From NCBI GenBank assembly GCA_045591355.1, contig JAZNSS010000029.1, positions 51,739 to 115,738 of the forward strand: DNA of 64,000 nucleotides, read 5' to 3'. Shown one piece after another: positions 36,852-48,156 of this stretch. Source of the stretch: Christensenellaceae bacterium (GTDB taxonomy: Bacteria; Bacillota; Clostridia; Christensenellales; Borkfalkiaceae). The notes beneath the pieces were generated by a model, which saw only the letters and a program-made list of their open reading frames with translations, was not told where the DNA came from and searched no databases. Both the position numbers and the translations under genes were made by a program. Position 1 is the first letter of the stretch. Each line of letters opens with the position of its first letter.

Positions 36852-39800
36852 TTACAAGTTTACAACTTCGCCCGTAAAAAGATTAACTAGGGTTAATTTA
36901 TTAACCTTAATACCCGTAGCCCCCGTAAAGGCTTTGGCGTAAATATTGAGTTGAATACTATACTTTTGCTTTAGGCTATCCATGGTCATTGACGAATATT
37001 TATAGTCTATAATTTCTGCCCCGTCGTCGCTAACGGCAATAAGGTCGATAGCGCCTTGAATAACCACCTTTTCGCTAGAAGTAACAGGGGAAATTTCGCT
37101 TGCGTCTACTGCCGAAATAAAGGTTTTTTCTCTATATAGCGTTTTATTATCCAGCCCAGCAAAAACACCTTGGTCAAACACCTTTTGTATTCTTTCTATA
37201 TTAATCTTTTTAACTTGTTCGTCGGTTAATATACCCTTATTCACAAGCGCAGATACCTGCTCTTTAAGGTTAACTTCTTTTGCAAAGTCAATCTTTTCCA
37301 TAATTTTGTGGGCTATTAAACCACGCTCTATATCAGTAGTTTCTTCGTCCACTACGAAATGTGGCTTAAAACTTTGCTCGTTAAACTTACTAAGTTCTTT
37401 GGTAACGCTCGATTTTAACGGCAAGGTTATATCGTCTTTATACGGGTATTGATAGTCAAAATTAGCCTTAATATTTTGTAGCGTTTGTTGGTCGGGGCTA
37501 CCAAAAGCCACTAGGCCAACTTGTTTTGCCATATCTATTACGCCTAGTTCGTCTGCGTTATGTATGGTAATAGGAATATCGTTTGGCAGACAATCGCTAA
37601 AAGATTTAGCGTCTAAAAACACGTCTGCGCTAGGCGTAATTTCCCCTTCTATAGTTAGATGCAAAGAATAGGTTGCCCTTGTAGTTGCAACGTAAAAAAG
37701 TCTAAGTTCTTCGTTAACGCCGTTTTCGTGCGCCTTGTTTTTTATTATTCCACGAAGAATAGTTTCCTTTGTAGTCCTTGTATCCTTATCAAAATATTTC
37801 GTAGCGAATAGATAATCTCTATCGAAAAAGCAAACGTCACGCCCCGTTTCTTCGTGCATTTTCTTTTCCAAACCACAAACTATAACCACGGGGAATTCCA
37901 AACCTTTGGAAGCGTGCATAGTCATAACTTTTACGGTGTTTTCGTCAGCGATTTCAGTAAGCCCAAACGCCTTTTCGTTTTCTTCCACAAGCGATAAAAC
38001 TTGCGCAACGGTTCGTTCTTTTCCGTTTGAGGAACATTCCGATAAGAACTTTCTTACTCTATTGACCTTTTGTTCCCCCAAACGCATAGCGTAAAGTTCG
38101 GCAAAATAATCGCAATCGTTTATGAGTTTTTCCAAAATCTTTTGCGCGCCAAGGAAGGGGGCAAGCAATCTAATTTCCCCAAAATATGCGTTAAATTTTT
38201 TTAGTTTTTCCGAAAGGAGTGTTTGGGCGTTGTTGATATAAAAATTATAAGCGTCGAAAAAACCACCCCTTACACGCTTGCCGTTTTCATCACGACAATT
38301 TTCGTCGTAAAAGATTGCTATCTCTGCAAGGTCTTCTTCAGAAAGTTTGACTATGGGGCTTTTTAGGGTAACTGCAAGTGGAATATCCCCACTAAAACTA
38401 TCTATTAGTTTTAGCACGTTTATAAGCGTTTGAATTTCCGGCGTAGAACAAATGCTTTGTTGAACTTCGGAAACGACGGGAATGCCGTGTCTAACTAAAC
38501 CGTTAACCAACTTTGCAACGTAAGGCGTTTCCTTACCACGGGTTAAAATACAGATATCTCCGTAAGTTATCCGTTTATAATCCTTGTCTTTAACGCTATA
38601 ATATTTTTTATTTAATTCTTGGCCTATGATTTTACTAACAAGCGCAGAAATTTTAGCGCAGTCTTTGGTTTGGTCGTCTTTAAGGTCTTGTAATATATCG
38701 TAAACCTTTGGGGCTTGCTCGGTTTTTTCTTGCTTATCGTAAACCAAACTATGAACTTCTGCCCTACCAACGGCGTCTTTAATAAATCCACCACCCGATT
38801 TTAGTTGGCAAGAAGTATAATCCATTCCGTATTTTTCCTTGGTCATAGAATAATTAAATATTTTATTAACCATATTTATAACTGCGTCTGCCGAACGGAA
38901 ATTATAGTTAAGTTCAAGCGTTCCTTGACCTTGCTCTTTCATCGTTTGGTATTTGTTTGCAAAAAAGTCTGAACGGCAACCACGGAAACCATATATGCTT
39001 TGCTTTAGGTCGCCAACCATAAAGGTATTATCACGCCCCATCAAGTTCATTATGCTATCTTGAACGCCGTTTACGTCTTGATATTCGTCTATAAAAATAT
39101 ATTCGTATTGGGTTTTGATGGCTTGCCTTGCGTTCTCGTCACGCAAAACTTTAAGGGCATAATGCTCTAAATCGTTAAAGTCTAAAAGGTTTTCTTCAAA
39201 TTTTTCCTTCGTGTATTCTGCTGAAAATTCTTTTAGTATAGAAACTATGCCTTCGGCGTCTTCCCTTAACTCGCTAAAAATATCCCTATCCGTATCGTAA
39301 TCGTTAAGGGGGGCAATAAAACTTGCTATTTCCTTCTTTAAGGTTTTAAACGTTTCGTGAAACTGTTCTTTATACGCCTTTAGGCTTTCGTCAATTTTCT
39401 TACCGTAGGAAAAGGTAATAGGTAGTTTTTGGAAGTTTTTAATACCATAAGCGTCGGCACTTTTCATTTCTTGTAGCAAACCTAGGTATTGATTACAAAA
39501 CTTTTCGCCGTCTATACCCAATCTTTTAGCGTTTGCAAGCGCGTTTTCTGCACAAATTATATGCCTATCAAGTTTATAATTAAAATATTTTTTATACTCT
39601 TTAAGGGCGTTTATAAAGCCTTGCTCTGTGTAGTTTGCTAGGCAATCCTCTGCGCTCTTTAAGGGGTCGGCTTCGCCGGAAACTTTTTCGTATAGGGTTG
39701 AAATTATATTTCTCAAAGGCTGGTCTTGGCGCTTGTATAAAAACTTATCAACTAAAGTTAAAAACCATTCTTCCCCACTTGAGTAAAGAGACTTAAAAAC

Positions 39801-40217
39801 CTTGTTTAACGTTTGAGTTTTTAATACTGCCGATTGATTTGCGTCCATTATGCCAAAATCGGGGGAAACGCCTGCCACGAAGAAGTATCTTCTAACTAGT
39901 CTGCCACAGAAAGAGTGAATAGTAGTAATGTCTGAAAGGTCTACTTGACTTATCACGGGCGCTAGGGCAAGATTACCCTTTGCAACTTCCTTGCGAAGGG
40001 CTTTTTTAAGTTTTTCCTTCATTTCGGAAGCGGCTGCTTCGGTAAAGGTTACGGCTAAAATATTGTTTAGTTTTGCCTTGCCTTCTTTGATAGGCCTAAT
40101 CAACCTTTCTATCATAACGAAGGTCTTACCACTACCTGCCGATGCCGAAATTAAAAGGTCGCCGTTTTGGTGGTTAATAGCGTCAAGTTGTTCTTGCTTT
40201 AAGGTTATTTCTGCCAT
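36852..40217 (-). CDS. addA: helicase-nuclease AddA/RexA (UvrD-family helicase with C-terminal PD-(D/E)xK nuclease)
   Basis: Walker A SASAGSGKTF, the UvrD helicase motifs, and a C-terminal nuclease motif IDYKYS; 1121 aa. Confidence 0.9.
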   Translation of the reverse strand: MAEITLKQEQLDAINHQNGDLLISASAGSGKTFVMIERLIRPIKEGKAKLNNILAVTFTEAAASEMKEKLKKALRKEVAKGNLALAPVISQVDLSDITTIHSFCGRLVRRYFFVAGVSPDFGIMDANQSAVLKTQTLNKVFKSLYSSGEEWFLTLVDKFLYKRQDQPLRNIISTLYEKVSGEADPLKSAEDCLANYTEQGFINALKEYKKYFNYKLDRHIICAENALANAKRLGIDGEKFCNQYLGLLQEMKSADAYGIKNFQKLPITFSYGKKIDESLKAYKEQFHETFKTLKKEIASFIAPLNDYDTDRDIFSELREDAEGIVSILKEFSAEYTKEKFEENLLDFNDLEHYALKVLRDENARQAIKTQYEYIFIDEYQDVNGVQDSIMNLMGRDNTFMVGDLKQSIYGFRGCRSDFFANKYQTMKEQGQGTLELNYNFRSADAVINMVNKIFNYSMTKEKYGMDYTSCQLKSGGGFIKDAVGRAEVHSLVYDKQEKTEQAPKVYDILQDLKDDQTKDCAKISALVSKIIGQELNKKYYSVKDKDYKRITYGDICILTRGKETPYVAKLVNGLVRHGIPVVSEVQQSICSTPEIQTLINVLKLIDSFSGDIPLAVTLKSPIVKLSEEDLAEIAIFYDENCRDENGKRVRGGFFDAYNFYINNAQTLLSEKLKKFNAYFGEIRLLAPFLGAQKILEKLINDCDYFAELYAMRLGEQKVNRVRKFLSECSSNGKERTVAQVLSLVEENEKAFGLTEIADENTVKVMTMHASKGLEFPVVIVCGLEKKMHEETGRDVCFFDRDYLFATKYFDKDTRTTKETILRGIIKNKAHENGVNEELRLFYVATTRATYSLHLTIEGEITPSADVFLDAKSFSDCLPNDIPITIHNADELGVIDMAKQVGLVAFGSPDQQTLQNIKANFDYQYPYKDDITLPLKSSVTKELSKFNEQSFKPHFVVDEETTDIERGLIAHKIMEKIDFAKEVNLKEQVSALVNKGILTDEQVKKINIERIQKVFDQGVFAGLDNKTLYREKTFISAVDASEISPVTSSEKVVIQGAIDLIAVSDDGAEIIDYKYSSMTMDSLKQKYSIQLNIYAKAFTGATGIKVNKLTLVNLFTGEVVNL

Positions 40218-43200
40218 TAGTCCACCTCCTTTACGGCTTGAATAATTTTATCTTCGTTAACGTTTCCAACCGTTCTGCCGTTTTCTTCTTCCCTACCACA
40301 AAGAGCGATAAACGGACAAGAGCCACAACTATTTTCGTATGGGGAAGCCACGATAACGCCGTCTGCCATTTGGCTTACTGCGTTTTCGCTAACTAGGGTT
40401 GCGTATTTAATAAAGGCGTCTATATCGTCTTTAGAAGAAGCGCCCTTCATAAGCCCGTTTTTATCGATAGATACGGGTATTACTTTACTTTTTTGCGTTT
40501 GAGTAATTTCGCCGTCTTGCTTGATGATAAGTTCCATATCGTTAAGGGTTCTTCCCACGGCTAAAGGCTTATCCGTTTGACTTTCCGACTTATATGCGTT
40601 GCTTGTTGGAAAATAATACATTCCTGCAACCTTTTTATCGTTCACGGCTTTTGCGTATAGATATAGTTGAAGTTTTTGCCCAGAATATAACGTTTTAAGG
40701 TCGGCGTCGTAAGAGCCGGTTTTATAGTCGATAATTCTACAATAATCGCCGTAAGTGTCTACTCTATCGATTACCCCCGTCAACTTAACTCTACCGTCTA
40801 ATAGAGAAATTGGTGGATAATACTTTTTGCCTTCTCGCCTAATACCAAAACCTACTTCTATATTTTGTTTGTCGGTGGAAAATTGCGAATTAGTGTTATA
40901 AATATAGTTTTTATAACAGAAAGCCTTGCACTCTTTTATTGCGTTAAAGATGGACGCTTTTGCGCTTTCGTCTTCCAAAAAACGCTTGTATTCGTCTCTA
41001 GAAATCACGCTTTCTGCTATGATTTCTACAAGAGCGTCTGACGACTCCTTATCCGTAACGGTGGAAATTTTAGATATATATTCAGACAAAACTTCGTGAA
41101 TCAATAAACCGAAAGAAAGACTATCAACACGTTCACCGTCGTCGCTTTCTTTTAACTTTAATCCACGTGATAAAAATACCTTGTAAGGGCATCTATAATA
41201 TTCTTCTATTGCCGTTGGTGAAGTAACTTGACTTACCACAACGTCTTTACTACGTTCAAGTTGAATTTTTTGCGAACGCTGACAAAGATTAGCAAGCCTT
41301 GAAAGGTCTTTACTATCCTTAAAAAGTTGATAGTATGCTTGAGCGTTGTCTTCTGAAGATTCTGAAAGAACTTCCCCTTCAAAAATTTTACTGCAACTTT
41401 TGGCAAACTCTACCTTGGCTTGTCTTTCGGTAAAGTATTGCTCTGATGGTTGAAATTCAACGCAATCAAACATTTGGGTTATATCGTTAAAGACTTCTCC
41501 CCTTACGTTCTTGCTTCCGTTTTTAGCCGTTAACGGATAAGAAAGGAAAAGTTTATGGGTAAAAGCCGTTATTCCAAGCGCAACCGTTTCTCTTTCACGC
41601 TTGTTAATTACTTGAATTTTTGGCTCAACGTATACCTTTAGTTTTTCTAGAGCGTCGATATCGTAATCGGCAAGTAGCGCCACGTCGTCTTTACAATTAG
41701 GAACGCCTACGGTAAGCCCCGACGCAAAAAGATAGCGTGCAGGATATAGACTTGCTTCCTTAAATCCACCCACGAAAACTGCGTCGTTAAACTGTGGAAT
41801 TATAGAAAGTTCAAGAGTAGAAATACCACTTATAAACACGTTTTTAAACTCGGTATAAGAAAGTTCAACCCCTTTTAAGATACTAGTCATCTCCAACAAA
41901 ATGTTGCAAACTGCGTCAAATATTTGCTCGTTAATGGCAGATTCTTCCATTTGGTTTAGGGAAGCAAGCATTTGGGTTATATTCTCTAGATTTTGCTTTG
42001 CTTTTACACTATCTAGCATACCGATTGGGTCGAATTTATTAAATAGCGAACATATAAACTTTCGATAGTTTTCAAACTGCTCTAATTCCCCTTCTATGTT
42101 TGAAGGGAATTTTAACGGTTTTGCAAACGACGAATAGAAACAATTATACCTTTTAAGATAACTAATAAAACGGTCGCTAAAATCTTTATCCACGCCCAAA
42201 ACGGGATTCTTTATAAAATCACAAAGCGTTTTTTTATTAAAACCTTTTCTGAAAAGGTCAACGTAATCTATAATCAATAAAATCAACGGGTGATTATGTG
42301 GCTTTATTTTTTGGTCTATAAAGTAAGGGATTTCTAATAAATCAAAACATTGCTTTATACTATCCCTATACAAGTCGAAATCGGGCAAAATTACCCCTGC
42401 TTGTTTATAGCGAATTTGACCGTCTATAACGCTTTTCTTTATAGTGGTGGCAATCGCCATACATTCTTCAAAAACGTCTTTCGCTACAAATGAATGAATA
42501 CGTTCGGTTGGTTGATGCTCAAGGTTGGATAGTGGACTAAAAATATTTTGCACGATTAACTTTCCGTCTTTATTCCAAGCGCTTTCAACCCTGCTTTCTT
42601 CTAAAACTACGTTCATTTCTTTGCAAAGGCTTCTAAACATACTAGAAGTTTCGTTGAGATATGCAAAGGAATTTTCCCCTTCGACTAGTATTGCAGTAAC
42701 CGATTTTGCTTTGGAAATTAGCATTTCTATTGCCGATTTCGTTTGTCGTGTAAAAGAAGAAAAGCCGATTAAATACACGTCGCTTTTAGCAATTTCTTCA
42801 GCATTTTCTAAAAGAGACGGCAAATAAGAAAGCATTGAACTTTGGTCTTCAAGCCCACTATTTTTTAGATAGTTTTCGTATTCTTGATAGATACTAGCAA
42901 CGTCTTGTAGTTTATCGTGAAGCACCCCTTCCGTTTGCGCGCAAGCGTCAATTAGTTGGCTAGGGGTAATCTTTGCGCTTTTTAATTGAATTATAAGGTT
43001 ATACAACGTGGGCGCAAGATTAGTTTTGCTACTTTTGAAACAGTTAAGTGAAAGCGATGAAATAACTTTTTTTACAACCATTGACGAACCTTCCCTTGTA
43101 AGAACGTTATCAAGGGGGTGTTTACTACGTAGATAATTACCAAACGAATAAACGTCGGTATTAAAACTTCCGTTAAAGCGCGCGCAAATAGCACGCTCTG

Positions 43201-43330
43201 CCATTAAGGAAATTTTTTCTTCGCAAAAAACAAGGTTCTTATTTTGCAAAGAATTAACCGACGGAGCAAGGCATTCGTTTAATATTTTGAATACGTTGTA
43301 ATATGAATCTGTGGTTATAAGTTTAATCAT
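40217..43330 (-). CDS. addB: helicase-nuclease AddB/RexB (degenerate N-terminal helicase domain, C-terminal nuclease with Fe-S cysteines)
   Basis: No Walker A in the N-terminus, as in RexB-type subunits. C-terminal IDYKTG nuclease motif and Cys cluster C..CGSCPF..C; 1037 aa. Overlaps addA by 1 nt. Confidence 0.85.
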   Translation of the reverse strand: MIKLITTDSYYNVFKILNECLAPSVNSLQNKNLVFCEEKISLMAERAICARFNGSFNTDVYSFGNYLRSKHPLDNVLTREGSSMVVKKVISSLSLNCFKSSKTNLAPTLYNLIIQLKSAKITPSQLIDACAQTEGVLHDKLQDVASIYQEYENYLKNSGLEDQSSMLSYLPSLLENAEEIAKSDVYLIGFSSFTRQTKSAIEMLISKAKSVTAILVEGENSFAYLNETSSMFRSLCKEMNVVLEESRVESAWNKDGKLIVQNIFSPLSNLEHQPTERIHSFVAKDVFEECMAIATTIKKSVIDGQIRYKQAGVILPDFDLYRDSIKQCFDLLEIPYFIDQKIKPHNHPLILLIIDYVDLFRKGFNKKTLCDFIKNPVLGVDKDFSDRFISYLKRYNCFYSSFAKPLKFPSNIEGELEQFENYRKFICSLFNKFDPIGMLDSVKAKQNLENITQMLASLNQMEESAINEQIFDAVCNILLEMTSILKGVELSYTEFKNVFISGISTLELSIIPQFNDAVFVGGFKEASLYPARYLFASGLTVGVPNCKDDVALLADYDIDALEKLKVYVEPKIQVINKRERETVALGITAFTHKLFLSYPLTAKNGSKNVRGEVFNDITQMFDCVEFQPSEQYFTERQAKVEFAKSCSKIFEGEVLSESSEDNAQAYYQLFKDSKDLSRLANLCQRSQKIQLERSKDVVVSQVTSPTAIEEYYRCPYKVFLSRGLKLKESDDGERVDSLSFGLLIHEVLSEYISKISTVTDKESSDALVEIIAESVISRDEYKRFLEDESAKASIFNAIKECKAFCYKNYIYNTNSQFSTDKQNIEVGFGIRREGKKYYPPISLLDGRVKLTGVIDRVDTYGDYCRIIDYKTGSYDADLKTLYSGQKLQLYLYAKAVNDKKVAGMYYFPTSNAYKSESQTDKPLAVGRTLNDMELIIKQDGEITQTQKSKVIPVSIDKNGLMKGASSKDDIDAFIKYATLVSENAVSQMADGVIVASPYENSCGSCPFIALCGREEENGRTVGNVNEDKIIQAVKEVD

Positions 43331-43473
43331 ATTTTTATTTTAACATATTAAAGTGACAATTTTAAGCATATTTGAAAATTTATTTGGGTTTTTACTATAT
43401 TTTTTTATAATAATTTTACAATTTAAGTTATTTGTGTTATGATATAACCATTAAAGCACAGACGGAGCAATAA

Positions 43474-44613
43474 ATGAAAAAGTTTTTATATCTTATTTTA
43501 ACTTTCATTATAGCCACGGCTTCACTTTTAGGTGGTTGTGGTTGTAATTCCGATTTGCCGTTAGAGTTTAAAGATTATTTTTACGGCGACTTAAAGGTTA
43601 CTCCACCAACGGGATACATCGAAACTTGTGAATATTCGGTTAACTACAAAAACGGTTTTGAAGGAGAATTTACTAAAAACCCTGCCGTTACCGATAAAAT
43701 GTTAAAGATGGAAATTTCTGGAAAGTATACCACCAAACTTACCGTTCAAGGCCTAATGGATGCGCAAACTCCGATACTTGGTAAAAACGTAAACTCCGAA
43801 CTTAAAAATTCCTTCAAGAACGTAAACTTATACAAGTATGAAACGGAATTAGTTCTAGATAAGGTTGAATACCTAGTAAACGGAACTTCTGCAGATATCG
43901 ACCCTTACGACGTTTTAGTTAAAGATGAATGGGCAAAAGCAAGATACGGTGAACAAGCAGTAACAAACGGCATTGATTATATATATACGGTAACCTATTT
44001 CGCCCCCGGTCCACAATCGTTTACACCGATATATACCGAACAAATTTCTTCATTTACGAACGTAATGATTAGCGAAAATTCCATTGATATCGGTAGACGT
44101 AACAGTAAAAACTATATAGAATATAACACCAATAATTATACGGTAAATACTGAATATTCTGGTGGCGACGTAACACTTACGGGCAACAAAAGGGTTAATT
44201 ACACGTCAAGCACGGCAATAGATAATACACAACTTTTATTCGTTATAAGAAATATGAACCTATCGGCTGGTTCTTCAAGTATGATTCCCGTTGCATCATA
44301 CCAATACCAAAACTTAAAAGACATTTCCATCGTTGGCGAAAGTTCTAGAACGGAAAACATATCAGACCCAACCCTGTTAAAGGTAAACGGCGCAAACTTT
44401 AGTGGAAATAGTATTAAACTTAATAGATACGCATTTAGATTAGCAGAAACTTCTTCAGCAGGAATTAAACAACTAATTTACGTGCAAAGCGAAGATTGTG
44501 GCAACCTTGGAAATCGCAAGTTAATGTATAGATACGTTGAACCTTTGAGTGCGCTTTCCTATCAATCACTAGGCGTTATGGAATATAAACTAACGGAAGT
44601 TAACTTTGGCTAA
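43474..44613 (+). CDS. hypothetical lipoprotein (379 aa, beta-rich)
   Basis: Signal peptide with lipobox LLGGCG; I recognise no catalytic motif. Confidence 0.5.
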   Translation: MKKFLYLILTFIIATASLLGGCGCNSDLPLEFKDYFYGDLKVTPPTGYIETCEYSVNYKNGFEGEFTKNPAVTDKMLKMEISGKYTTKLTVQGLMDAQTPILGKNVNSELKNSFKNVNLYKYETELVLDKVEYLVNGTSADIDPYDVLVKDEWAKARYGEQAVTNGIDYIYTVTYFAPGPQSFTPIYTEQISSFTNVMISENSIDIGRRNSKNYIEYNTNNYTVNTEYSGGDVTLTGNKRVNYTSSTAIDNTQLLFVIRNMNLSAGSSSMIPVASYQYQNLKDISIVGESSRTENISDPTLLKVNGANFSGNSIKLNRYAFRLAETSSAGIKQLIYVQSEDCGNLGNRKLMYRYVEPLSALSYQSLGVMEYKLTEVNFG

Positions 44614-44630
44614 TAAATAAAGATAAATTA

Positions 44631-44668
44631 AAACCCCCTACCTTGTGGTAGGGGGTTGATTTTTTATT
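44631..44668. terminator. bidirectional terminator (CCCCCTACC-TTGT-GGTAGGGGG)
   Basis: Read directly; lies between convergent lipoprotein genes. Confidence 0.75.
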
Positions 44669-44681
44669 CTTATAATTCTAA

Positions 44682-45782
44682 TTAAATAACTTTAGTGCCT
44701 ATAAATGCGTTACCGTTAGCCATAAACGCCGACATATCTAGTGAACTTGTAGAAAGTTTTTCACAGTTATAAAAAGCGTAATCTCCAAGTTGAATATTTG
44801 TAGAACTTGCAGTAACTTTAACTAGTTCCACACAGTTTTGGAATGCACCGTAACCAATCTTTTTAAGTGAAGTTGGTAAAAGGATTTCTTTAAGAGTAGA
44901 ATTTGCAAATGCGTTTTCGCCAATTTCTTCTATTGAACTTGGTAAGAAATTTACCTTATCGAAAGCCGTATTGCTAAATACGTTATCTTCGATTTTAGTT
45001 AACGTGCTGTTCGCTTCAAATACTATGTTGTTTAGTTTTTTACAACCTTTGAATGCGCCCGAATAAATATTCTTTACTGATGCAGGAATGATTAGATTGT
45101 CTAGGTTTGTGCAGTTTGCAAAAGCATTGCTACCTATACCAACTACTTTTGAAGATAATTCAACGTGTCTTAAAACCTTAACGCCACTAAATGCATACAT
45201 TGGAATTTCGTAATCATTTGCAGGATAAATTTTTATAGAATTTAAGGTTGCAGGTAGGAAACAAACTTCTGAAGAAGCGTCGTTATAACTAACGGTTGTG
45301 TTTATTCCACCGTCGTATTCTTCCGTTCCAAAAATATAAGAAATAGTTCTAGCGTTGTCTATTGCTTTAACGTCGTCATCATCCGTGCCCGTTTGGTTCA
45401 TGTAGGCGTCTGCCTTAACGTATCTACCAATAAAAGGCAAAGTAAGCGAATTTAACTTGGTCATGTTTTTAAATGCGCCTTCGCATATTTCCGTTACGGT
45501 GGTAGGAACTATAATTTCTACTAAAGAAGTGTTTCCGTCAAATGCGCCGGAAGCAATTCTACCAATCGTAACGCCACCCGTTACTTCTGCGTCGGTAAGG
45601 TCTAACTTCGTAGCGCCGTCGTCAACGTAGTCGTATACCGTGTAGAAGTCTTCCCCACGATACTTTTTAAGGATTAAACCCTTTTCGCCGTCTTGATTAT
45701 CGCTACTGCCACAAGCCACCAATGCAAAGGCTGATACTATCACCAATGCCATTGCTATAATTGTCCTGATAACTTTTTTCAT
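44682..45782 (-). CDS. BspA-like leucine-rich-repeat lipoprotein (paralog of the gene at 24782)
   Basis: Lipobox LVAC; LRR_5 repeats such as ASGAFDGNTSLVEIIVPTTVTEICEGAFKNMTKLNSLTLP. Confidence 0.7.
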   Translation of the reverse strand: MKKVIRTIIAMALVIVSAFALVACGSSDNQDGEKGLILKKYRGEDFYTVYDYVDDGATKLDLTDAEVTGGVTIGRIASGAFDGNTSLVEIIVPTTVTEICEGAFKNMTKLNSLTLPFIGRYVKADAYMNQTGTDDDDVKAIDNARTISYIFGTEEYDGGINTTVSYNDASSEVCFLPATLNSIKIYPANDYEIPMYAFSGVKVLRHVELSSKVVGIGSNAFANCTNLDNLIIPASVKNIYSGAFKGCKKLNNIVFEANSTLTKIEDNVFSNTAFDKVNFLPSSIEEIGENAFANSTLKEILLPTSLKKIGYGAFQNCVELVKVTASSTNIQLGDYAFYNCEKLSTSSLDMSAFMANGNAFIGTKVI

Positions 45783-45953
45783 ACAGGCTCCTTATCTTTT
45801 CTTTTTGTATACTTTATAAGTTTAACATTTATTCTTCACTTTGTCAATAAATAATATTTATTCTATCCTATTTATTAAGTATTTTTTTGACGAAATTGAG
45901 CCTATTAATAAAATAAAAGTTTATTTTTTACCTAGGATAAACTAGCCCATTAT

Positions 45954-47411
45954 TTAAATTATAACTTTACCCAAGTAAAAACTTTGGAAAAATCCGTTAG
46001 AGTCTGCACCTATTTTTTCATAAACACCCACCAAGTCGTCTGGGGTGGCGTTTTTGAACGAATACTCTTTATAATACCTTTTAAGCCCGTCGAAGAAACG
46101 TTTGTCGCCTATGCTTTGGCGAAGATATTCAAACATTATGCAACCCTTTATGTATGCAACGTTAACGTATTCGTATTCGGTGGAATACTGCGAAAGGTTT
46201 CTAAGCATACTCGTATCAACCTTGCCTTCTAATCTATCTACGACCGAACAAAATACTCTATAAGTCTGCTCTGCCGACGCTATCATATTTTCTCTAGTTA
46301 ACCCGTGATTATTATAATGTTCGTAATAGATAACTACGGAATACTCAGCAAGCGCTTCGTCTAAAAAGCCGTGTTCAATCTCGTTATTCCCTACCGTCGT
46401 TTGCCACCATTGGTGCGCCGTTTCATGAACGATTACTTCTCCGTAAGATTCCCCGTCTATACTATCGCTTATAAGGGTTATAGTTGGATATTCCATTCCA
46501 CCTTGCACGAACTTGGTTTGCACAACCGTATAGTTGTCGTAGGGGTATTCCCCAAACCTTTGATTAAACAATTTAATAGCATTTACGGCGTATGAAATAG
46601 ACTTTTGACTGTCGCTATCGTCGTAGTAATAATAGGTAACGTCAACGCCGTCTATACTAGCCGTTTCCGTTTGGAAAAACCTACTTAAAACCATTGCAAA
46701 ACTTCTTGCGTTATTTAGGGTGAAAGTAGTTGTTTTTAGTTGATTTTTCAAAGACGACGAAGTTATACTTCCACCACCTGCTACCGTCCATTCTTCGGGA
46801 GTGGTTACCTTTACTTTATAGTTTGCGCAATCGCTATAAAAGGGGTCGCCAATGCCGTAATACAAACATTCGTAAAAGCCGTTATCATAAGCGCATAAAA
46901 TTGGATAAAAGTTTCCTAAATTAATGGTTTTATCGTTTATTCCCGTGCGTGCGATAACGTTTGCTAATTTAAGTTTCCAATCAATTTTAACGGTTACGCT
47001 CTCATTAGGGAAAACTTCTTCTTGCAAGTTTACTTTTAAAATATTTTGGTCTTCCCCACAAATTTCATAGGGCAAAGGTTGGTCGCTATAATAACAACCG
47101 TCTACCGTCATTTCGCCGTAACTAATCCCGTTTGGATAGGCTTGGGAAGTGTATTGAGCAAGTATAGGCGAATACTTTGCGCCTTTTCTAAACGCATTGC
47201 CGAATAAATTAAATTTTAGATGGTCAACGGCATTATCACTACTATTGTAAAAGGTAACCTTTTCACTACCCAAGAGAGTATCCCCGTCAAGAGTGCATTC
47301 TATATCGTAACTACTAACGTTTGGGTTTTGTCCACTACAAGAGCATCCACCCACTACGATAGAAGTTGCTACACAAAGTATAAAACTTAAAATTATGCAA
47401 AACTTTTTCAT
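45954..47411 (-). CDS. M1-family (aminopeptidase N-like gluzincin) lipoprotein
   Basis: HETAHQWW followed by E 18 residues later gives the HEXXH-X18-E signature. Lipoprotein signal peptide with lipobox GGCS. Start at MKKF (47411) has a GGAG RBS embedded in an upstream hairpin. Confidence 0.7.
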   Translation of the reverse strand: MKKFCIILSFILCVATSIVVGGCSCSGQNPNVSSYDIECTLDGDTLLGSEKVTFYNSSDNAVDHLKFNLFGNAFRKGAKYSPILAQYTSQAYPNGISYGEMTVDGCYYSDQPLPYEICGEDQNILKVNLQEEVFPNESVTVKIDWKLKLANVIARTGINDKTINLGNFYPILCAYDNGFYECLYYGIGDPFYSDCANYKVKVTTPEEWTVAGGGSITSSSLKNQLKTTTFTLNNARSFAMVLSRFFQTETASIDGVDVTYYYYDDSDSQKSISYAVNAIKLFNQRFGEYPYDNYTVVQTKFVQGGMEYPTITLISDSIDGESYGEVIVHETAHQWWQTTVGNNEIEHGFLDEALAEYSVVIYYEHYNNHGLTRENMIASAEQTYRVFCSVVDRLEGKVDTSMLRNLSQYSTEYEYVNVAYIKGCIMFEYLRQSIGDKRFFDGLKRYYKEYSFKNATPDDLVGVYEKIGADSNGFFQSFYLGKVII

Positions 47412-47476
47412 TAAAAAAACTCCGAAGGTATATTTATACATATACTTATTCGGAGTTAATATTTTTTATTACACTC

Positions 47477-48097
47477 TTATTTTTCCACGAAAGGCAAATA
47501 TTTTATAGGGTCGATTACTTCGCCGTTTTCTTCAACGGAAAAATGCAAGTGCGCTCCCGATTGATATTCTTGACGGTTAGTAGTAGAAACTTCGCCGATA
47601 ATATCCCCCTGCGCTACCTTTTGCCCAACCGTTACCATATCGCCGTCGGCAAGGGAATTATAATAAGTTTTAAGTCCGTCGCCGTGGTTAATTACTATGG
47701 TCGTGCCGTGCAATAAAGTGTTTGTAACGCTTTCAATCTCACCTTCGTATACTGCGCAAACGGGCGTTCCTTCTGGTGCGAAAAAGTCTATTGCTAGGTG
47801 CGAAGAATATCTATCAAGTGTGGGGTTAAACACCATTGCTTCACTATAGTCACCAATGTTTGATGGATTTGTAACGGGCATAATAAAGGTTACCACCTTA
47901 ATTACCGGCTGTTCGTTCGGCTTGTCGTCTGGAACGGGTGTTTCCACGGGAAGTGAAGAATCATCTTTTATCTTACTATCACGATTTACCATCATTAGGG
48001 TTACAGATAAACCGATTGCAATTATACATAAAGATAAAATTAGATAGACTGCATTGTTTTTTAAGTAGTGTAAAATTTTACTGTTGGATTTTTTCAT
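47477..48097 (-). CDS. M23-family (LytM-type) metallopeptidase, membrane-anchored
   Basis: HLAIDF (HxxxD) and GAHLHFSV (HxH) motifs are intact, with an N-terminal TM anchor; 206 aa. Confidence 0.8.
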   Translation of the reverse strand: MKKSNSKILHYLKNNAVYLILSLCIIAIGLSVTLMMVNRDSKIKDDSSLPVETPVPDDKPNEQPVIKVVTFIMPVTNPSNIGDYSEAMVFNPTLDRYSSHLAIDFFAPEGTPVCAVYEGEIESVTNTLLHGTTIVINHGDGLKTYYNSLADGDMVTVGQKVAQGDIIGEVSTTNRQEYQSGAHLHFSVEENGEVIDPIKYLPFVEK

Positions 48098-48156
48098 AAA
48101 AACTCTCCTTATTAATTTATTTGATTATTGCCTAAATTTTTTATTTTATACGTAGA